Source of the DNA: Chiloscyllium plagiosum
Taxonomy: Eukaryota
Reading direction: 5' to 3'
Length of the DNA stretch: 64,000 bases
Assembly: GCF_004010195.1 (NCBI RefSeq)
Contig: NC_057719.1
Span: 80,515,868-80,579,867, forward strand
The notes under the pieces were generated by a model, which had not been told where the DNA came from, ran no database searches, and saw nothing but the letters and a program-made list of their open reading frames with translations. A program made the translations under genes and the position numbers. Shown here one piece after another: positions 24,310 through 34,724 of this stretch (position 1 is its first letter; each line of letters begins with the position of its first letter).

Positions 24310-26312
24310 TAGGTCGCTTTGTGGGGGTAGTGGAATGGAGACATAAATATTCTTACAAGCCTAAGTATTGCAGGTCAACATAGTTTAAACCTGCCCAAAA
24401 TAAATCTATTCAGTGCAAATAAATTTGATGCAAAGATGTTAATCAAGAAAGACAAAGTCTTGTGTAACAGGCGGTGAAAGAGAACATGTCAGGAGCAGAG
24501 GGTTGGAGGAATGGTAACTGTACACAGGAACGGCAGTTAGCAGTGTGTCAGACAGTATTCTGTGAGATGTTCCTGCTGCTTTCTATTAAATAGTCCATTA
24601 CTGCTCACTCTGCAACACTCCGCCATACACAGTGTGACTGAGATTTTTCTTTTCAGCAACCTATTCAGAGATGTTATTAACACATCTCTGGAGCAGCTAG
24701 AACTTTGAACCCTGAAGTGCCCATTCCACTGCACAACGTGGTAGCAAGAGTTTTCGATGACCCTCCAGCCAGAAAATTAAAATAACCTCTGCAGCAGTGT
24801 TTTTCTGTTTTGGTTCATGGTCAGTAAATGCATTACTGTATATTATTCAGTTTGAAGGATATGCAAATGGTTGTGGGATTGAATGTTCATGCATAACCAG
24901 CTCTCAGACAACACCACACACAAAACCACATCTGCAAAACAAAATGCCAACCTGTTTGCTGCTAGCTGATTTTAAGATGTGCAGATTTATTGGTGCTGAG
25001 CTTGAATGTGATGCACTTTGATCAGTAAATAATCAGATCAATATTTCTTCTGATTCCTTTGAGGATCCACAAAGCTAGACCTGTTTGTGTATTGGGAGGG
25101 GTTACTGACAGAGAGCAGGATTAACATCAGTAGAGATACACAGGCTGGGAGAGTGTTGAGTGACCTGAGTGTGTGTGCTAGATTATCAGTAAAAATTCAG
25201 TCCCTAAATCTGCCAGCACTTAGTCAATAATGTAATTTAAATGGTGTTCGATAGTTCACCCTGGCGTGGAGTGTTTCTGGATGGTGTCAAAGAATTTTTT
25301 TTTAGTATTAATCGGCCCTTTTCTAATAGCTATTTATTTTTCAGAAGTGGTATTGATGATAAGACCAGGGGGTGTTCATGGTACAGTTGCCTGTTTTTAC
25401 CTGGATCCTGTCAGTGAGTTCCCTTCCTTAAGGATGATAGTCATGTACAGGTTTACAAAATAGGATGTTGGCTGATTGGCTGTGGAGAAGGTTGTAGTTT
25501 ATGCTATCTTCTGGTAACGTCCATAACTGTGGGCCAGAAGGTCCAGATTCAAGTCCCACTGGCTGTGGAGTTGTCATAACATGAAGAAACTGTTCAACAT
25601 CTTCATCAGGAGTAAATCAGGCACAAGAACAATAATTCTGGAGACAAGGACAACCGTGCCACTCCTGGCGTAGGGTTTTCTCATTTTGTTTGTGATGGCA
25701 TCAGTGCCCTGCTCTATCCACCCTGATGCCAATCCTCTACAGGTGCCAGCTCAGGAACCCCATCAGAATGTAGCAGTGCACCATCATCAACAATGCAAGG
25801 AAGTAGAAACCGGTGGATTAGAAATCATTACAAAGTTGGATACCCTCTTTCGAGAAGGTATTAATGTACTCTTTAAAACGTGTACCAATCTTCTGAGTGA
25901 AGAGTATTTTATATGTAAGCAGTCTCTTGTCCTTCAGATGTACAACAGATTGGAACACAGTTGTAAATTTCATTACAAGGAAAGCCAGTAATATTGTATC
26001 CTTTCTTGTGCTGCAGGAGAGTAGTCATGTCTGAAGAAAGCAAAGCTATTTCTGTTTTTTTTCCTGTTCTTAGATTGCTATCCTTTTGGAATAGTACAAT
26101 AATAAGGTCCTGTCAAAGATTAACGTTGACCCCAGTGACACATGTGGGAAAGTAGGATTATTAGCTTTATATTGTTGGAATCATCCTATTTGTTCGGTGG
26201 CAAAAGGCCAAGGTACATCTAGTTCACCCTGAAGAATCCTGGTAACCAGGTTTCCTATGCATGACTGGAGTTGTTGATGTATTATAGAATCAATTGCTAT
26301 TGGTTAGTCTGC

Positions 26313-26522
26313 TAGGTAAAAACAAGGACTGCAGATGCTGGAAACCAGATTCTAGATTAGAGTGGTGCTTGAAAAGCACAGCAGTTCAGGCAGCATCTGA
26401 GGAACAGGAAAATCAACGTTTTGGGCAAAAGCCCTTCATCAGGAATCCCAAAATGTCGATTTTCCTGCTCCTCGGATGCTGCCTGAACTGCTGTACTTTT
26501 CCAGCACCACTCTAATCTAGAA
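26313..26522. mobile_element. Mini hairpin PLE derivative with 14-bp TSD
   Basis: About 75-bp inverted arms; attggttagtctgc at 26299-26312 and 26523-26536; decayed hammerhead core (GAAA to AAAA) on minus. Confidence 0.85.
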
Positions 26523-26784
26523 ATTGGTTAGTCTGCCACAAACCCTGACATGAGGTAAGGAAATGCCTGTTAGGGATTTTGCAGAATCCCAAAATGGCAC
26601 GCTGTAAATAAGTTGCCCGGGAGGTAGATTTTTCTACTGGGGCATTCTCTATGTCTGAAACCCTCCAAGATTCTGCATCAGAGACTTTGGATGGTCCTGA
26701 TGAAATGAAGTAAAATAGTTACTCGGGCAAAGTGAGACTGTTCAGAATATTGTCTAACGCCTGAGTAATACTTCAACTGACCTT

Positions 26785-27354
26785 TGAGTATCGGAGTTGG
26801 GACGTGATGTTGAGGTTGTACAGGATGCTGATGAAGCCTGGTCTTGTGCAGTTCTGGTTACCATGGTAATATGAAGGATATTACTAAACTGCAGAGGGTT
26901 CAGAAAAGATTTACCAGGATGTTGCCGAGAATGGATGGTGTGAGGTATAAAAACGGACTGGAAAGGCTGGGACTTCTTATTTAACTGGAGTATAGAGGTT
27001 GAGGTGTGAAACCTTAGAGGTTTATAAAAATCATGAGGAGCATAGATAGGGTGAATGACAAGGACTTACTCGTGAGGGTGGGTGAGTTTAAAACTAGGGG
27101 GCATATTTTCGGGTGAGAGGAGAAAAGGTTTAAAAAGGCATGAACATGTTATTTACACAGAGAGTGGTTTGTGTGTGGAATGAACGACCAGAGAAAGTGG
27201 TGGATGTGGGTATAGTTAGTGTTTAAAAGACATTTGGATAAGGTCATGAATAGGAAAGGTTTAGAGGGATATGGGCCAAGTGCAGGCAGGTGGGACTAGA
27301 TTAGTTTGGAACATATTGGACTGAAATGTCTGCTTCCCATGCAGTGTGACTCTT
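26785..27354 (+). mobile_element. CR1/HER1 LINE 3' fragment with 9-bp TSD
   Basis: actgacctt at 26776-26784 and 27355-27363; CR1 C-terminal coding remnants. Confidence 0.88.
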
Positions 27355-28984
27355 ACTGACCTTGTACTTATCACACACACACACACACACTCCAATTACA
27401 TCTTCCCCAGACCACTTTTACAGTACCCAGATTCTGACCAGCCCTGGGACCCAATGCTCCCTTGGGATCCTGATGCATAACCACCCCCATACTGCCAGAC
27501 CCAACCCCAATGGATTCAATTTCTGCCAGACCTACCCTTAACACTGCATCACCTACTTTGCCACTTGGATCCTGGCACCCTACCCTCCTCAACTGGCATC
27601 CCGCCCTTGGTTCCCCACATGCTACTTAGGTCGCCCTACGCCCCACCCAACTGACACCTTCCCTCCCCTCCCTGTACCATTACATTACACTTACCTTGGA
27701 GATGTCACAATGGCTGTCAGCACCTTTACATTTAAAATACAGTTGTTTTGCCTTCCCCCACCAGTTCTGCACCAGTATAGAGCTGTCAGGATGGAAGTAC
27801 AGCTCTTCATTTTTGAGGGAACTCCTCTGATTGGAATCTCCTATTGGAGATGTGGCCTCCCTTCTTTCTCGAAGACAAAGGGCTGGAGTGGTAACTTGGG
27901 TGAGATTGCTACCCTTTGGAAAATTCTGCCCAAGTATTTTCTCGAAGAGGTGAAGATTTATTGGGCTGATTCAATGTTTCCTGGCTCTGCTTTCTCCCAG
28001 CGAGGATCTTCCATAGATTTACTACTGGCTCTTATCCAAATAATCCCTCCAGCTTTGAACAACTTCTGCTCCAGAAAGGTGACGTTGAGGCAGTTCGGCA
28101 GCCGTGACTTTTTGGAACAGCAGAGTAAACTTTAAAAGCCAAATGTTCTGCAGCAGCTCCTATTTCTGACATTGTTGCGTTCTACTGCGCTGGGCAAACT
28201 GAAATGGGGTTCATGGTTGACATTATCTATCCTTATTGGATTCCATGAACAGCAATGATTTCACCTCCTTTTCCGGTGAGAACATATCCAATTTAAATAA
28301 TCATTTCCCATAATCCCATCACTCAGTTGTCCTGATTGCTCTGTCCTGCACCCTTTTATCAGCACTGATATCCTTTTGTTTTGTAAAGTGGCAAACAGAA
28401 CTGTATAAAGTATTTTAACTGCTGTCACACCAGTAATAACGACAGGATTACCAGGCTGGCTTCATTTAATATCTGACTTGCTTGATTCACTGCTGCCAAG
28501 CATTGCTACGAAAACTTCAATTTACAGGATCCAATAGATTTTATTCTGCTCCCATGTGAAGCACTTTGCATTTCCCTGCAGGAAGGTTCAGATACTGTAC
28601 GTCCTTCTGCACAGTTCACAAAATATGTTCAAATTTTCCCTTTGCTTACCCTATAGCAGCTTTGACTGCTGCTGTTCAAATCACAGTCACAGAATTGTTA
28701 CGCTACAAAAGAAGGCCTGAGCTGTTTCAGCATTTTGACCTAATGCCAAACTCCTCCCTTTTCCCTCCCATAACCTTGCACATTGGTTCTATTTAAATGA
28801 TCATATAATAACCTCCTTGAAGGCCTCAGTTGAACCTGCTTCCATCACACTTCCAGGCAGAGGGGACGGCAGACCCAAATCCTCATTTGCTTAGCATTAA
28901 ATTCCATCGCTTTTAAAAACTATTTGTCACTGCCAGATCTGGACATAAAGATATTAAGTGAAAAGAACCCTGAGAATGGTTGCT

Positions 28985-29440
28985 AATTGATGCCCTCTCA
29001 TCAGAACTGGGAGAAGTCGGAAATGCAGTCTGCAAGTCAAAGTGGGAGGGCGAGAGGGGGAAAAAAATACAAAAGGGAAGATCTGTCATAGAATAAAAGG
29101 CGCGAAAGAGGATTGGGTGTAGTACATGTAAGAGATTAAAGCATGTGTCAGGGGGAGGTGTGAATGGTAGAATGATGAACAGCTGTGATCCAAAAGCAAA
29201 CAGGAAAGAAATGATCACAATCCAGAGCAACAGAGAAAACAAAACGGAAGGACTGCGGGAAGGAACCGTCTTAAATCATTGAACTTGGTATTGAGTCCAG
29301 AAGCTGTCAAGCCATTTATTGAAAGCCGAGGTGCAATGCCTTGAGATTATGTTCAGCTTCATTCGAACATTGCAGGAGGAGGTGGAGAACAGAGAGGTTA
29401 GAGCACGGGCAAGGTGGAGAATGAAAATGGGAGAAAACCA
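28985..29440 (-). mobile_element. Degraded PLE 3' fragment
   Basis: Same layout as 14900-15090/15590-15740 (tcatcagaactg..., purine-rich linker, GIY-YIG end). Confidence 0.5.
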
Positions 29441-29499
29441 ACACGCTTGACAAGCCCTCTTTCATGAATGCGTAACCCGATCTGCTCTCATGGGTGAAT

Positions 29500-29735
29500 G
29501 GAAATTATTTCACAGCCGTATTTTTACAGAATCCTCCCTGGTGCTGTGGTCAATATGATCCTTCAATCAATAACATAGACATTGATTATCTCATCGTTAT
29601 ATATTGCCAGGATATCAATTATTTGGCTGCTACATTTCCTACACTACAACAGTAACTTCACTTCAAAGACACTGCATTAGAGATTTTGAGAAGTCCTGAG
29701 GAAGTGCAAGTGCTCTATTAATACAACTATTTATT
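29500..29735 (+). mobile_element. Deu-domain SINE remnant
   Basis: ttggctgctacatttcctacactacaacagtaacttcacttcaaag...gtcctgagg. Confidence 0.6.
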
Positions 29736-30029
29736 CTGATTGTGTTCATGAGGAAATCAACAACTTCACACAGAATCTCTTGCTGTCATGTCTAATGGCT
29801 CTTTGGGCCTTGGATGCTATCTGGATGCATCCACTTCATTCCCATGCCCATTCCGAACTGTGGTCATCCTCTCATAGCTTATTCCAAGGGCTCAGCTGAC
29901 CGTGGATTTCACAATCACCTTTCTTCCCAAATCTTCCAGCACCTCTGACCTGCATTGGATTTTTCACATCACCTAGCACTGGTCTGCTTGTGTGGCAGGT
30001 TTTAGAGTACAAATGTAAGGGGCAATTAA

Positions 30030-30670
30030 GGAGGCAGTCTGATTGAAGTGCTTAAAATTATCAGAGTAAATAGGGAGACACCATTTCCGTTGTTGAAGGC
30101 ATCGAGAAGAAGGGGGCTATACTCTTAAAATTCGAACCTGTTTGTGTCAGGAAACAACTCTTCCCGCAGCGTTGTGGAAGCCTCTCCCTTGAAAAGGCTG
30201 TCGAACCTGGAGATTAGTTGAACGGGGCGGCACGGTGGCTCAGTGGTTAGCACTGCTGTCTCACAGCACCAGGGTCCCAGGTTCGATTCCAGCCTCGGGC
30301 GACTGTTTGTGTGGAATTTGCACATTCTCCTCCGGGTGCTCTGGTTTCCTCCCACAGTCCAAAGATGTGCAGGTCAGGTGAATTGGCCATGCTAGGTTGC
30401 CCATAGTGTAAGATGCATTAGTCAGAGGGAAACGGGTCTGGGTGGGTTACTCTTCATTGGGTCGATGTGGACTGGTTGGGCCGAAGGGCCTGTTTCCACA
30501 CTGTAGGGAATCTAATCATTGCAAACATGAGACTTCTGTTGTTCAACTTTTGTCAAAGATTGGGAGCAAAATAAAGTAAAATGGGCTGGAGGTACAGATT
30601 ATATTATCTATGATCTAATTGAAATGGGGGAACAGGCTTTAAAGGCTAACTGGTCAGTACCTGCTCTAAA
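30030..30670 (+). mobile_element. Old CR1 3' end interrupted by HE1 SINE
   Basis: gtctgattgaagtgcttaaaattatcagag...; tail acagat...atgatctaattgaa...aacaggc. Confidence 0.6.
30223..30517 (+). mobile_element. HE1 SINE
   Basis: gggcggcacggtggctcagtggttagcactgctg...ggttcgattcc. Confidence 0.92.
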
Positions 30671-31554
30671 TCAATAAATGAACCGTGAATTTGTTTAACT
30701 CCCTTACACTCCAACATTGTTCCTGTGGCCCAGTTCTCATCCTGCACATCTTGTGCTGGCAGTGGTAAACGTGTGGAAAAATTCACCTCATTAGTTAAAA
30801 GTGACAGCCAGAAGGATTCTCGCTGCTGAGGTTTCCCTGGTCTGTAGTATATGGCTTAACCTTACCATTATAAAATAACAGCGGATTCTGGAGTTCATCG
30901 ACCCTTGACTAATTAAGGATACGAGCCTGAGAATAGGAGAATTGTCTGCGGTGAAGCCAGGTGCAGTTCTTCATACAAAGCACAGTGGAAATCTGGAATT
31001 CTGTCCTTTAAAAGGCTATTGAGATGGGGGTCAACTGCAAGTTTAAACGTGAGATTTATGGACTTCTGTTGAGTCAGGATGTTAAGTGCCACAGAACCAA
31101 GGTAAGTAGCTGGAGTGAGGATTCGGAGAAGCCGTGACTAAGTTGACTGAGTGTCTGAATGCCCTCCTTATCTTTTTCTGTAAACAGATTTAAGACTTCA
31201 GATTATTTGCCCAATAACACTCACCTTAGTGAATGCAGTATCTGTTTATTTTCTTAATTCTTCCATATTATGCCCATTCATTTCGATGCTGTTATTCCAA
31301 ACTGCTGTATCTGCAAAATAAGCCACTTATGTTGCTCCTCTAATATTTATGCTGACTTTGCACCAGCGTAATGGTGAACGATCTAAAAATCGGGTAAGCC
31401 ATTAGGAAGCCCATGATGATTCACACCAAATATATTGTTGAATTAGCTCAAGCACCAATTTCCAATGGGTGTGAGGTTTCTCAGTTTGATGGAAAAAGGA
31501 TTAATTTCTCATCTCCTCACTTAAACTGGAATAATTATATAGCCAATGCATTAT

Positions 31555-32740
31555 GATAAAGGCATAAGGATTAAGAGCAGGAGTAGGCAATTCAGCCCTC
31601 TCAGCCTGCTCCGCCATTTAATACAATCATGGCTGATCTCATCTTGGCCTCAACTTCAGTTTTCTGCCCGCTCCCCATAACCCTTCAGCCTGTTACAAAT
31701 TAAAATCTGTCTATCTCCTCCCTAAATTTATTCAGTGTCCCAGCACCCTCGGGTAGTGAATTCCACAGATTTAAAACTCTTTGAGAGAAATAATTTCCCC
31801 TCATCTTTGTTTTAAATCTGCCACCTCTTAGGCTAAAAGTATTACCTCTTGTTCTAGATTTTCATCAAGGAAAACAACCTTTCCATGTCTACTTTGTCAA
31901 CCCCCTTTAGCATATTATTTACTTACGTAAAATCTCCTGTCATCCTTCGAAACTCTAGTGAATACAGGGGCAACCTAAATTATCTGAACGACACAGGCGC
32001 GGGGAGTATTTTTGTTCGGATAATCGAATGATCAGATAATCAAATGTTCGGATAACATAGTTTACTCAAGCATCAGGACTTGGAAATCTTGATTGATTAT
32101 CCAAATTTTGGATTATCCATGTGCGGATAATCGAGATTGCACTGTAAATGCCTAATCTGCTCAATCTGTCCTCATAAGAGAAGCCTTTCAAATCTGGAAC
32201 AGATAATGAAATAAATATCGTTCTTGTAAGCCGACCTCTTACTCCCTTCAAGACCAATATGTCCTTCCTAAGGTGAGGTGCCCAGATATGCTCACAGTAC
32301 ACCAATTGGGGTCTAATCAGGCCTTTGTATAACTGCAGCATAATTTCTGTGTCCTTATACGCCAATCATAAAGACCAACATTCCATTAGCTTTCTTGATT
32401 ATTTTCTGTGCCTATTCGTGGCATTTCAGAAATCTATGGACCTGAACCCCCAAGTCTCTTTGGACAAACACTGGATTTAACTTAATGCCATCTAGAGAGT
32501 ACCCCGATCTACCCTTCCTTGGATCAAAATGGATAACCTCATGTTTGTTTACATTGAAATCCATCTGTCACAGTTTTGCCCATTCCCTTAGTCTATCAAT
32601 ATACCTTTATAATTTTATGTCATCAACAACAATATCTATTGTGTTGTGTAACTTTGTGTCATTAGCATATTTGAATATCAACTTTCTATGTCATTATTAA
32701 GTTCATAAATAATGTGAATAAACTTGGGATTTCTGGAGAT
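31555..32740 (-). mobile_element. CR1 LINE 3' part
   Basis: ORF 32066-32365 MLQLYKGLIRPQLVYCEHIWAPHLRKDI. Confidence 0.85.
31965..32144. mobile_element. Tc1/mariner (Tigger-type) MITE inserted in CR1
   Basis: TA flanks; imperfect TIRs caggggcaacctaaattatctg / cggataatcgagattgcactg; internal ggataa repeats. Confidence 0.75.
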
Positions 32741-32765
32741 TATTGACTCAGCATTATTGCAAATG

Positions 32766-33478
32766 TTGGAAGGGCACGGTGGGTCGGGCAGCAGGAGGGT
32801 TGGCGTTTTGGGCATGGGCCCTTCAACAGGGATGTAGGGCGCAGGCCCGTGCGGGCTGGAAGGTAGGTGGGTTGCTGAGGGGGATGTTGGCTTGGTGGGT
32901 GGATGCAGGTGGGTTGGGGCGGATGGGTGGGGATGGTTGGTGGGGGAGGTTAGGGGGGCGGTGCCGGGTTGGAGGGTTGGATCTGGGATTGGGTGGGGAT
33001 AGGGGAAATGAGGAAACTGGTGAAATTGACATTGATGCCATGTAGTTAGAGTGTCCCCAGGTAGAAGATAAGGCGTTTTTCCTCCAGGAGATAGGTGGTT
33101 AGAATTTGGCGGTGGAGGAGGCCCAGGACTTGCATGTCCTTGGCGGAGTGGGAGAGGACTTGAAGCCCCACCTTGTCCCGGATCTGGCCCTCCAGCTGCC
33201 CTCTGGGACCTCTCCCGCCTATCCATCTTCCTTCCCACTTATCCGCTCCACCCTCCGCTCTGACCTATCGCCGTTACCCCCGGCCTGTGTTCGCCTTCCG
33301 GGCTGCCTTACCCCCAGCCTCACCCCCCCCTCCTGTGTGTCTCTCAGCTCCCTTGTGCCCCCTCACCTGAGGCATTGACTCTCCTGCTCCTTGGGTGCTG
33401 CCTGACCTGCTGTGGTTTTTCAGCGGCACACATTTCGACTCTGATCTCCAGAATCTGCAGTCCTCACTTTCTCCTTGT
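32766..33478 (+). mobile_element. Hairpin PLE derivative, A-to-G hypermutated
   Basis: Inverted arms ~32766-33000 and ~33166-33430 around a GIY-YIG fragment; degenerate 14-bp TSD cattattgcaaatg / cattattataaacg. Confidence 0.85.
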
Positions 33479-33995
33479 CATTATTATAAACGCTTCAGCC
33501 TTATCTTTTCCAATGATGTGCTCGGCTCTCCCATCATTGAGAATGGAAATATTTGTGGAACCTTGTCTTCTGTAGTTTAATTGTCCACTACAGTTTACGA
33601 TTAGATATGGCAGGACTACAGAGCTTAGATCTGTTCCATTGGTTGTGGGATTGCTTAGCTCTGTCCAAGACTCACTGCTTATGCTGTTTGGCATGCAAAT
33701 AGTCCTGCTTTGTAGCTTCACCAGATTGATATCTCATTTTTAGGCATGCCTGATGCTGCTCTTGGCATGTGCTCTTGCACTCTCCATTGCGCAAAGTTGA
33801 TTCTCTGATGGTAGAGTGGATATGCTGATTCTTGAGGTTACACATTTTGTTGGAGTATATTTTTCCCTGCTGCTGTTAGTCAACAGCACCTTTTGAATGC
33901 CCAATCTCGAGTTACTCGAACTGTCCAAAATCTGTCTCATTTAACACAAGGATGGTGTTACACAACATGATGAAGGATATTCTCAATGTGAAGCT
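33479..33995 (-). mobile_element. Old non-LTR retrotransposon fragment (CR1/L2 group)
   Basis: Minus peptide NISILNDGRAEHIIGKDKAEAF; related pieces at 49170-49720 and 50467-51200. Confidence 0.55.
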
Positions 33996-34040
33996 AAAAA
34001 TGACACATCACCAGGTTATAGTCCAACAGGTTTAATTGGA

Positions 34041-34673
34041 CTCCCGGCACCTTCCCCTGCAACCGCAGGAGGTGCAAGACTTGCGCCCACACCTCCCCCC
34101 TCACCTCCCTCCAAGGTCCCAAAGGAAACTTCCATATCCGCCACAGATTCACCTGCACCTCCACACACATCATCTATTGCATCCTCTGCACCCGATGTGG
34201 CCCCCTCTATATTGGGGAGACAGGCCGCCTACTTGCAGAGCGATTCAGAGAGCACCTCTGGGCCACCCGGACGAACCAACCCAACCAACCTGTAGCACAG
34301 CATATCAACTCCCCCTCCCACTCCACCGAGGATATGCAGGTCATTGGACTCACCCACCGCCAAACCACAACAACCCGACGGTCGGAGGAGGAGCGTCTTA
34401 TCTTCCGACTGGGAACCCTCCAACCACAGGGGATGAACTTGGACTTCACCAGTTTCTTCATCCCCCCTCCCCCCACCTTGTCTCAGCCGAATCCCTCCAG
34501 CCCAGCACCGCCTTCCTGACCTGCAGTCTTCTTCTTGACCTCTCCGCCTCCATCCAACTCTTATGCCCGAAACTTCGATTCTCCTGTTCCCTGGATGCTG
34601 CCTGACCTGCTGCGCTTTTCCAGCAACACATTTTCAGCTCTGATCTCCAGCATCTGCAGACCTCACTTTCTCC
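34041..34673 (+). mobile_element. Penelope-like element 3' fragment with uninterrupted Zn-knuckle + GIY-YIG endonuclease frame (34043-34519)
   Basis: PGTFPCNRRRCKTC...HIIYCILCTRCGPLYIGETGRLLAERFREH...EERLIFRLGTLQPQGMN; TSD ttaattgga at 34032-34040 and 34674-34682. Confidence 0.92.
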
Positions 34674-34724
34674 TTAATTGGAAGCACACTAGCTTTCGGA
34701 GCGCTGCTCCTTCATCACCTGATG

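Noticed and set aside
26313..26522. Hairpin elements read as pre-miRNAs, terminators or DNA MITEs
   Set aside because: The arms match the PLE 3' unit downstream of GIY-YIG, and TSD lengths vary
32678..33378. Pro/Gly-rich ORFs
   Set aside because: By-products of the A-depleted, hypermutated PLE hairpin
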